From contig CALJGU010000153.1 of the NCBI GenBank assembly GCA_938075565.1, positions 1,890 through 65,889 on the forward strand: a stretch of DNA of 64,000 nt, read 5' to 3'. Under the pieces are notes generated by a model. It made no database searches. It worked only from the letters and a program-made list of their open reading frames with translations, and was not told where the DNA came from. Made by a program: the position numbers and the translations under genes. Shown here piece after piece: positions 56,457 to 64,000 of the stretch. This stretch comes from an uncultured Opitutales bacterium (GTDB lineage: Bacteria > Verrucomicrobiota > Verrucomicrobiia > Opitutales > UBA2995). Within the stretch, counting starts at the first letter, position 1. Each line of letters opens with the position of its first letter.

Positions 56457-56473
56457 ATACCCCAGGGGGGTAT
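56457..56473. promoter_or_regulatory. CsoR-type operator ATACCCC-A-GGGGGGTAT lying between -35 TTGACT and -10 TATTTT of the csoR promoter (minus strand)
   Basis: TAC-C/G-tract-GTA pseudo-palindrome like known CsoR operators, directly upstream of csoR. Confidence 0.85.
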
Positions 56474-56554
56474 CAAGTCAAGGAGGCCTAAAGTTTATCC
56501 TATTGTATTTATAGAGGACTTTGTTTGTTGGGCTCTTACGCAGCTTCCGTACAC

Positions 56555-56584
56555 AAAAAACCTCCGCTGCTGTGAACGGAGGTT
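56555..56584 (-). terminator. Terminator downstream of tRNA-Gly
   Basis: RNA sense AACCUCCG-loop-CGGAGGUU-UUUU. Confidence 0.85.
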
Positions 56585-56594
56585 GGGAAGTAGA

Positions 56595-56668
56595 TGGTGC
56601 GGGTGGACGGAATCGAACCGACGTAGCCAGCTTGGAAGGCTGGAGTTCTACCACTGAACTACACCCGC
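56595..56668 (-). tRNA. tRNA-Gly (anticodon TCC), CCA encoded
   Basis: GCGGGTG TA GTTC AGTGGTA GAAC T CCAGC CTTCCAA GCTGG CTAC GTCGG TTCGATT CCGTC CACCCGC ACCA folds as a cloverleaf. Confidence 0.97.
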
Positions 56669-56801
56669 GGAAAAGTCGGCTATTCCGTGCTAGAAAGGCT
56701 TATTGATCAAGCACTTTTTTAACTTTTTTAGGCCGGATTTTGGGGTGAAATTTTACACTTTCTTAACCATGTTCTGCATTGCCTAAAGCCCTCCAGTTCA
56801 C

Positions 56802-57986
56802 ATGGTTACAAACACCATGCCTATCATATCTTCGTCTGCTAGCCTCGGTTCGAAAGGGTCTTCTAGAAATTCTAAGAAGAAGGCCGGTTTCGCTGAGTCA
56901 CAACGTTTGGCCAAAGTACGGTCAGCCGAAAAACGTGCTCCCAAGCACAAAGTTAAGCTCGCTGATTTAACAGTGTTTACTCAGCAGCTGGGCTCCATGT
57001 TGGAAGCCGGTCTACCTCTAGTATCCTCGCTGGATGCCTTGCAGGAACAGACGGAGGACAATGTGTTTCGCATAATTATCCGCGATGTTAAGAATGACAT
57101 CTCAAGCGGAACTGCCCTTTCTGATGCGGTTAAGAAATACCCCAGAGCTTTTAATAACCTCTTCACCTCCATGGTCGAAGCTGGTGAAGCCAGTGGTCAA
57201 CTTTCTGAGATTCTAGCCAAGGTTTCCTGTTACTTTGAGGATTCGGTAAAGCTGACGAAGAAAGTTAAGAGTGCTTTGATGTATCCGATTGCGGTTATTC
57301 TACTCGCTGTTGGTTTGGTGAACGTTCTGTTGATTTTCGTAATTCCGACTTTCAAGGAAATGTTCACGGACATGGGAGCCGAGCTTCCAATGCCGACCCA
57401 GATGTTGATCGACCTCTCTGACTGGTTGAAAGGGAATATCATCTTTGTACTTACAGGTGCTGTAATTTTTTGGAAGGTCATGGGGAAATTCTTGGCGACA
57501 CCTCGAGGCCGGGTCATCAAAGACCGGGTATGTTTCCGACTGCCGATTGTCGGTGGGTTGAGTCAAAAAATAGCAGTTTCTCGTTTTTGCCGCACATTCG
57601 CTATTCTGTTGCGTTCAGGTGTTCCGATCTTGAAAGCGCTGGACATTGTATCTCGTGCCAGTGGCAACACCTATATTGAAAGCGCCTGTAAGGATATCAG
57701 TAAGGTAATTAACCAAGGTGGTCAGATTTCTGACATCCTGGCTGAAAGACCTTATTTCCCTCCTATGGTGAAGCACATGGCTAAGGCTGGTGAACAGACC
57801 GGTAAAATGGACGATATGTTCGATAAGATATCTGACTTTTATGATTCAGAAATTGAAACTACCGTCGCTGGACTTACCTCTTTGATGGAACCTATTCTTA
57901 TCTGTTTCCTCGGTATTGTTATCGGTGGTATTGTAATGGCTATGTTCTTGCCAATCTTCAATATGGCCAATGTCGTCGGAGGTTAA
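56802..57986 (+). CDS. pilC: Type II secretion system F/PilC family protein
   Basis: FTQQLGSMLEAGLP, MVEAGEASGQL..IL, KVKSALMYP, FCRTFAILLRSGVPI, GEQTG, LMEP, AMFLP. Confidence 0.95.
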   Translation: MVTNTMPIISSSASLGSKGSSRNSKKKAGFAESQRLAKVRSAEKRAPKHKVKLADLTVFTQQLGSMLEAGLPLVSSLDALQEQTEDNVFRIIIRDVKNDISSGTALSDAVKKYPRAFNNLFTSMVEAGEASGQLSEILAKVSCYFEDSVKLTKKVKSALMYPIAVILLAVGLVNVLLIFVIPTFKEMFTDMGAELPMPTQMLIDLSDWLKGNIIFVLTGAVIFWKVMGKFLATPRGRVIKDRVCFRLPIVGGLSQKIAVSRFCRTFAILLRSGVPILKALDIVSRASGNTYIESACKDISKVINQGGQISDILAERPYFPPMVKHMAKAGEQTGKMDDMFDKISDFYDSEIETTVAGLTSLMEPILICFLGIVIGGIVMAMFLPIFNMANVVGG

Positions 57987-58057
57987 TATTCGGAAGTCTT
58001 AAATTTATAGGACATCACGTTTTATTTCATCCCAATCCCACCCATATCCATTAAATC

Positions 58058-59182
58058 ATGTCGTCGGTCCTAATAGTTGATGACCAAAAGGAACTTCACG
58101 ATATCCTGAAGGTAGTTGTCCAGCCTCTTGGCTGTGATGCGGAGTTTGCCTTTGATGGTCAGGAGGCGCTCGATCTTTTCAAAAACAACTCATTTGATGT
58201 AGTTCTTTCTGATATCTCTATGACTCCCATGGACGGTATCACCCTCTTGAATGAGATTAAGGATATCGATCCCAACGCCATTGTCATTCTCATGACGGGT
58301 TATGGAAGCATGGAAACTGCCGTACCTGCGTTGAAGAGCGGGGCTTTCGATTACATCCAAAAGCCTTTGAAGATTAAGGAATTTGTGGCTGCTCTTAAAA
58401 AGGGTTTAGATGCAAAGTCTCGGGGTCTGATTTCCCGTCCGATTGCCCAAACCTCGCAAAGAACGATTCCTCTATTCCAAGCCTCCGAAAATTGCTACGC
58501 CCTGATCGGTAAGAATAAGCAGATCGTTAAGGCTCAACAACAAGTTGACCGATTGATTAAGGTGAGCACCCCCGTACTGGTTCAAGGACCTGAAGGGACA
58601 GGTAAAAAAATGGTCGCTTTGACCATTCACCACTCCAGTAGCTTCAACGAAGGCGAATTGGTGGCTGTTGATTGTTCAATTGCAGACCAAAATGTTCTGA
58701 AAGAGCAATTGGTCGGTCGTAATGGATTAGGTGGACCACTTCTCGAACGTGCTACCGGTGGCTCTCTTTATTTACAATCTGTGGAGAACTTAGATCTCGG
58801 CCTACAAGCTACCTTTTCCAAGTTACTGAAGGCCGTGGGGCATGAGTTCAGGCTCATTTGTTCTTCTGAGGCTGATTTGGAAGAAAAGATGGATGCTGGC
58901 GAATTCTCGTACGAACTCTTTTATCGGATCGCCTTGTCAGTCATTCATCTTCCCGGATTGGAAGATCGGAAAGACGATCTGGAAGACATTGTCCGAACCA
59001 TTATGGATAACTCTTCAAACTTCAAATTTGATAGTCGGAAGATCGAGTTGTCTGATGAAGCAAACAACTTTCTGGTAGACCAGTCATGGAGCTTCAATTT
59101 GGAACAATTGGTGCAGAAAGTAACCAACGCTGTTTCCAATACGGAAGACCGAGTTATCACTCCTGAAGTGCTGCAGGCCTAA
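58058..59182 (+). CDS. REC + degenerate sigma54-activator-like AAA+ domain, no HTH
   Basis: REC (LIVDD, LSDISM, MTGY, QKP); AAA-like region GPEGTGKK, LFYRI, LP.LEDR; lacks GAFTGA and the DE of Walker B; ends without a Fis-type HTH. Confidence 0.85.
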   Translation: MSSVLIVDDQKELHDILKVVVQPLGCDAEFAFDGQEALDLFKNNSFDVVLSDISMTPMDGITLLNEIKDIDPNAIVILMTGYGSMETAVPALKSGAFDYIQKPLKIKEFVAALKKGLDAKSRGLISRPIAQTSQRTIPLFQASENCYALIGKNKQIVKAQQQVDRLIKVSTPVLVQGPEGTGKKMVALTIHHSSSFNEGELVAVDCSIADQNVLKEQLVGRNGLGGPLLERATGGSLYLQSVENLDLGLQATFSKLLKAVGHEFRLICSSEADLEEKMDAGEFSYELFYRIALSVIHLPGLEDRKDDLEDIVRTIMDNSSNFKFDSRKIELSDEANNFLVDQSWSFNLEQLVQKVTNAVSNTEDRVITPEVLQA

Positions 59183-59302
59183 ACTGGGTTTAGGTGTTTA
59201 GGAAAACCTCCGCTTTTTACTTTTCAAGCTGAGAGGTATTCTCCAAGTTAGTGCGAATTTTGCTTTCGCATCTACCTGTGTACCGCACGAGCTCGTTTTT
59301 AT

Positions 59303-62300
59303 ATGCCTAAACGTACCGATTTAGAAACTATCCTTATCATTGGATCCGGCCCAATTGTCATTGGGCAAGCCTGTGAATTTGACTACAGTGGAACTCAAGC
59401 CTGCAAAGCGCTACGAGAAGAAGGATACCGAGTCATCTTGGTTAACAGCAATCCTGCCACGATTATGACCGATCCGGAGTTCGCCGATGTTACCTACATC
59501 GAGCCTCTCACCGTTGATATGGTTGGTAAGATAATTGAAAAGGAGCGGCCAGACGCTCTTCTGCCAACTCTAGGAGGTCAGACCGCATTGAATTTGGCCC
59601 TGGATCTAAATGCTGCCGGAGTCCTTGAAAAATTTGGCGTTGAAATGATTGGCGCAAAGCCCGCGGCCATTAATAAAGGTGAAGACAGATTGTTGTTTAA
59701 GAAGGCCATGATCAAAATTGGTCTCGACGTCGCCAAATCCCGGGTAGTCTACACTCTGGAAGAAGCCCGTAATGCAGCAAAGGAGATTGGCCCATTCCCA
59801 TTAATCATACGCCCTGGCTTCACTTTGGGTGGATCGGGTGGAGGAATCGCCTACAACAAAGATGAGTTTGACACTATTGTCGCCAACGGTCTCGAGCTTT
59901 CTCCTGTGACGGAAGTTTTGATTGAGGAATGCTTGTTAGGTTGGAAGGAATACGAGATGGAAGTGATGCGTGATCACAAGGATCAGTGTGTGATCGTTTG
60001 CTCGATTGAGAACCTCGACCCGATGGGCGTACACACGGGCGATTCCATTACCATCGCTCCTGCAATGACTCTAACCGACAAGGAGTATCAGCTGATGCGT
60101 GATGCTTCCTTTGCCTGTATTCGCGAAATTGGAGTTGAAACAGGTGGAAGCAACATTCAGTTCGCTGTAAATCCTGAAGATGGGCGACTCGTAGTCATTG
60201 AAATGAATCCACGTGTTTCCCGGAGCTCGGCTCTGGCTTCCAAAGCAACTGGATTTCCCATTGCAAAATTTGCCGCCAAACTCGCGGTTGGATACAGTCT
60301 GGACGAAATTCAGAACGATATCACTCGCGTAACGCCGGCCAGCTTTGAGCCGACTATCGATTATGTTGTGACGAAGATTCCGCGCTTCACCTTTGAAAAG
60401 TTTGAAGGCACGGATACTACTTTAACTTCCGCTATGAAAAGCGTGGGTGAGGCCATGGCAATTGGACGTACCTTTAAGGAGTCTCTGCAAAAGGCGCTTC
60501 GCTCACTTGAGATAGGTGCCCGAGGACTTGGAGGCGGAGGAAAATTAGGCGGTTGTCCCGACGTTGAAGAAAGTGTTATTCGGAGCCGCCTATCGATTCC
60601 CAATGCTGAGCGCATATTCTATATTCGTTATGCACTGCTATCGGGGATGACTGAGCAGGATATTTTTGATCTAACCGCTATTGATCCTTGGTTCGTTAGC
60701 CAAATTGCTGGAATTGTGAGTTTGGAACAGGAGCTGGAAGCGGAATCATTAGATTCCGTGAGTGCAGATCAACTCAAGCGAGCGAAAGAAGCGGGTTTCT
60801 CCGATGCCCAACTAAGCCACCTGCTGGGAGCTGCGCGCGAGGAAATTAAAGCAAAGCGAGAATCCGTAGGCTTAGCTACTAAGTTCCGCCTGGTCGATAC
60901 CTGCGCAGCAGAGTTTGAAGCATTTACTCCGTACTACTACTCATCCTATGGAGATGAGAATGAGGTAATAAAATCGGATAAGCCTAAGATCATGATTCTA
61001 GGGGGTGGACCGAACCGGATTGGTCAGGGAATCGAGTTTGACTATTGTTGTGTGCACGCTTCCTACGCATTGCAGGAGGCAGGTTATGAAACCGTAATGG
61101 TCAACTCCAACCCGGAGACGGTGTCTACGGACTATGATACCTCTGATCGCCTTTACTTTGAGCCGCTGACTCTAGAGGACGTTTTAGAAATCTATCATCA
61201 GGAGCAATGCCAGGGAGCGATTGTTCAATTTGGAGGGCAGACCCCTCTTAACCTAGCAATAGATCTGAAAGCCAATGGTGTAAATATCATTGGCACTAGT
61301 CCCGAAAGCATTGAAGCGGCCGAAGACCGACAATTGTTTGCCGACATTCTTAAACGACTAAACCTAAAGCAGCCGGCCAACCGCATCGCTATGAATGCTG
61401 AAGAAGCATACGCCATGGCAGAAGAGGTCGGGTTTCCGGTTTTGCTTCGCCCTTCATTTGTATTAGGAGGACGCGGCATGTTTGTAGTTTCCTCGATCAA
61501 GGAAATGGAAGAAGTGGTTTCTGATACCTTCCAAGTGGTCCCTGATAAGCCCGTTCTGATTGACCAATTTCTGCAGGACGCCATCGAGGTGGATGTAGAT
61601 TGTATATCTGATGGTGAGACAATTTTAGTTGGAGGCCTGCTCGAGCATATTGAGTTTGCTGGAGTTCATAGTGGTGATGCTGGGATGGTTATGCCCCCGC
61701 ACACACTTTCCGATGACATGATCCAGCAAATCAAGGAAGCGTCCTATTCCTTGGCTAAGGAACTGAAAGTCATCGGTCTGATGAATGTTCAGTATGTCAT
61801 TAAGAATGATGAGCTGTTTATTATTGAGGTAAACCCTCGGGCTTCCCGAACAGTGCCGTTTGTCTCCAAAGCGATCGGAATTCCGCTAGCAAAGCTCGCT
61901 GCAAAAGTGATGTCTGGGGCCAAGCTCAAGGATCTTGGTTTTACCGAGGAGGTAACCCCCAAGCATTGGTGCATCAAAGAGTCTGTTTTTCCTTTTAAGA
62001 AGTTTCCGGGAGCCAAGGTAGTTCTTACTCCAGAAATGCGGAGTACCGGCGAGGTTATGGGACTCGACTACAATTACGGTATTGCCTTCGCAAAAACCCA
62101 GATGGCCGCTCAGCCACCCTTACCTACTTCTGGAAACGTTTTTATTAGCGTTAAAGATACAGACAAAGACAAGGTGGTCGATGTTGCTCGGCGTTTGGTT
62201 AAGCTAGGTTTTACGATCTACTCGACTATGGGAACTGCCCGCGTTTTGGATGACAACAACGTGCCGGTGAACAAATTGTTCAAGATCGATGAAGGCAGAC

Positions 62301-62536
62301 CCAATGTGATCGATATGATCAAGAACGGGGACATGCACCTCATCATTAATACACCTTCCATTGGAATGATCCCGCAGCGCGACGAAAACACCATTAGGAC
62401 CGAAGCGGTGCTAATGAGCGTTTGCATAGTCACGACTATCACCGCCGCACATGCGTCTGTTGAGGCGATTGAAGCGATGACTTCTCAGACGGTTGAAGTA
62501 AAATCTCTGCAGGAGTACTACCTGGAGAAAGATTGA
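59303..62536 (+). CDS. carB: Carbamoyl-phosphate synthase large subunit
   Basis: [46 protein letters not shown]-terminal MGS domain. Confidence 0.99.
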   Translation: MPKRTDLETILIIGSGPIVIGQACEFDYSGTQACKALREEGYRVILVNSNPATIMTDPEFADVTYIEPLTVDMVGKIIEKERPDALLPTLGGQTALNLALDLNAAGVLEKFGVEMIGAKPAAINKGEDRLLFKKAMIKIGLDVAKSRVVYTLEEARNAAKEIGPFPLIIRPGFTLGGSGGGIAYNKDEFDTIVANGLELSPVTEVLIEECLLGWKEYEMEVMRDHKDQCVIVCSIENLDPMGVHTGDSITIAPAMTLTDKEYQLMRDASFACIREIGVETGGSNIQFAVNPEDGRLVVIEMNPRVSRSSALASKATGFPIAKFAAKLAVGYSLDEIQNDITRVTPASFEPTIDYVVTKIPRFTFEKFEGTDTTLTSAMKSVGEAMAIGRTFKESLQKALRSLEIGARGLGGGGKLGGCPDVEESVIRSRLSIPNAERIFYIRYALLSGMTEQDIFDLTAIDPWFVSQIAGIVSLEQELEAESLDSVSADQLKRAKEAGFSDAQLSHLLGAAREEIKAKRESVGLATKFRLVDTCAAEFEAFTPYYYSSYGDENEVIKSDKPKIMILGGGPNRIGQGIEFDYCCVHASYALQEAGYETVMVNSNPETVSTDYDTSDRLYFEPLTLEDVLEIYHQEQCQGAIVQFGGQTPLNLAIDLKANGVNIIGTSPESIEAAEDRQLFADILKRLNLKQPANRIAMNAEEAYAMAEEVGFPVLLRPSFVLGGRGMFVVSSIKEMEEVVSDTFQVVPDKPVLIDQFLQDAIEVDVDCISDGETILVGGLLEHIEFAGVHSGDAGMVMPPHTLSDDMIQQIKEASYSLAKELKVIGLMNVQYVIKNDELFIIEVNPRASRTVPFVSKAIGIPLAKLAAKVMSGAKLKDLGFTEEVTPKHWCIKESVFPFKKFPGAKVVLTPEMRSTGEVMGLDYNYGIAFAKTQMAAQPPLPTSGNVFISVKDTDKDKVVDVARRLVKLGFTIYSTMGTARVLDDNNVPVNKLFKIDEGRPNVIDMIKNGDMHLIINTPSIGMIPQRDENTIRTEAVLMSVCIVTTITAAHASVEAIEAMTSQTVEVKSLQEYYLEKD

Positions 62537-62543
62537 GATCCTT

Positions 62544-63407
62544 GTGACAGCTACCCAAGACACCATCACTGCCTTGCTATCTGGTCCGGATCAATCCGGC
62601 TTGGTTGCAAAAGTCTCAGGATGGATTTTTGACAGGGACGGCAACATTATCCACGCGGATCAGCACCGCGATATGGAGGCGGAAGTATTTTTCCAACGGA
62701 TTGAGTGGACACCCGCTCCTGATGGACTGGACCCTGTCTCGGAGATCGCGGCATTTCGGGACTATGCTGCGAGCCTTAACATGAACGTGGAATGCAAGTT
62801 GTCTTCTGAGCGAAGCAAAGTAGCCGTGTTCGTTTCGAAGTATGACCATTGTTTTCACGAACTATTCTTGGGGCAAAGGTCAGGTGAACTGAACTGCGAG
62901 ATCGTTTGTGTGATCTCGAACCATGAAGATCTTGCGGAGGTAACAAAGTCCTATGGTGTTCCTTTCGTCCACGTTCCAGTCAGCAAGGCCAATAAACCGC
63001 AGGCAGAGCAAAAGCAGTTGGAGCTACTCAGGGAATATGACGTAGATCTCTTAGTCATGGCTCGTTACATGCAGATTCTCAGTGATGAATTTTTATGTGG
63101 ATTCGGAAAACCTGTAATAAATATCCACCATTCATTCCTCCCCGCTTTTGCCGGAGGACGCCCTTATCATCAGGCCCACAATCGGGGTGTTAAACTGATT
63201 GGCGCAACAGCGCACTATGCAACCCCAGTTTTAGATGATGGTCCAATAATCCAACAGGATGTGGACCGCGTTTCTCATCGCCACACCGTCAAAGACTTGG
63301 TGGTTCGAGGTAGAATGCTCGAAAGGCATGTGTTAGCTCAGGCTGTTCGGTGGCACTTGGAAAACCGAGTGCTCGTTTATGGTCGAAAGACAGTAGTGTT
63401 TGACTAA
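62544..63407 (+). CDS. purU: Formyltetrahydrofolate deformylase
   Basis: GPDQSGLV, VSKYDHC, LARYMQILS, INIHHSFLPAF.G..PY.QA..RGVKLIGATAHY, DDGPII.Q. Confidence 0.97.
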   Translation: MTATQDTITALLSGPDQSGLVAKVSGWIFDRDGNIIHADQHRDMEAEVFFQRIEWTPAPDGLDPVSEIAAFRDYAASLNMNVECKLSSERSKVAVFVSKYDHCFHELFLGQRSGELNCEIVCVISNHEDLAEVTKSYGVPFVHVPVSKANKPQAEQKQLELLREYDVDLLVMARYMQILSDEFLCGFGKPVINIHHSFLPAFAGGRPYHQAHNRGVKLIGATAHYATPVLDDGPIIQQDVDRVSHRHTVKDLVVRGRMLERHVLAQAVRWHLENRVLVYGRKTVVFD

Positions 63408-63487
63408 TTTCCCTGCTTTCATGCGGCTTCCGTTATGAGGTTGACTAAACCCACTTTTGCCTAAATGTCAGACGGTTTTAAATTTTC

Positions 63488-64000
63488 ATGGCTTCAAGAT
63501 CTAAAGACACGTCCAATTCCGACGACAATCAAGATACCTTCGAAAAATTGGATGAAGCGTATGCAGAATCCAGTGTGGAGGAGCAATTGCTCGTTTATTG
63601 GAACCGCCATAAGAACCAAATCGTATTAGGCATAACCGTAGCTGTTGTTCTGATTATTGGTTTTCAAATTTCCAAGTGGTGGAGTGCCAAAACGATTTCT
63701 GATCGTGGGGAAGCCTACGCAGAGGCAGGAGATGATGCTCAGAAGCAGGCATTTGCTGATGACAACTCTGGCTCAGATCTTGGCGGAGTTGCCTATCTCG
63801 AACTGGCCGATAGTGCCTACTCTGAAGGAGAATATTCATCTGCTGTCTCACTGTATGAGAAAGCGTTCAAAGCATTCGAGATGATTGAGTTCAAGCAACG
63901 CGCTCATCTCGGCTTGGCTATGTCTCGTCTGCAAGCAGGCGAAGAAGGCAATGCGAGTAAGGACTTAGAGTCTATCGCAAACAACTCTGAATACCCTGAT
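63488..64000 (+). CDS. YfgM/TPR-like membrane-anchored protein (3' truncated)
   Basis: Open frame MASRSKD...YWNRHKNQIVLGITVAVVLIIGFQISKWW...AYLELAD...AHLGLAMSRLQAG runs off the window; missing from the ORF track because there is no stop. Confidence 0.75.
   Translation, partial: MASRSKDTSNSDDNQDTFEKLDEAYAESSVEEQLLVYWNRHKNQIVLGITVAVVLIIGFQISKWWSAKTISDRGEAYAEAGDDAQKQAFADDNSGSDLGGVAYLELADSAYSEGEYSSAVSLYEKAFKAFEMIEFKQRAHLGLAMSRLQAGEEGNASKDLESIANNSEYPD

Noticed and set aside
56595-56668. tRNA-Gly as a genomic-island attachment site
   Set aside because: No duplicated tRNA 3' end or integrase is visible in the window.

Overview
A gene-dense, mostly housekeeping bacterial chromosomal window with about 60 CDS and one tRNA-Gly. 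It shows no CRISPR array, integrase or transposase. Gene content and style (GldA/F/G-like ABC + DUF4340, short prepilin-type proteins, pyrG-kdsA, nfeD-floA) suggest a diderm, probably Verrucomicrobiota/Opitutales; this is inference, not a database result. The most striking element is a 528-aa ORF (49856-51442) built like a 2-oxoacid dehydrogenase E2 subunit (lipoyl domain, Ala/Pro linker, E1/E3-binding domain, linker). Its acyltransferase core is replaced by a FabH/KAS III domain with an intact Cys-His-Asn triad but without the CoA-adenine-binding residues. This suggests CoA-independent channelling of an acyl primer from a dehydrogenase E1 into fatty-acid initiation. Other highlights: a Trp-leader attenuator with two tandem terminators that can be wired as a relay (1:2/3:4/5:6 versus 2:3/4:5) ahead of a fused trpE(G); a tRNA-Gly with an atypical A73 discriminator; a tandem pilin pair whose second copy has a one-base frameshift in a T-tract; a degenerate sigma54-activator-like protein; a GT4-GNAT-deacetylase-LPG-synthase-like operon; and a Firmicute-like accB-accC-asp23-amaP arrangement. 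All alignments and folds were done by eye.
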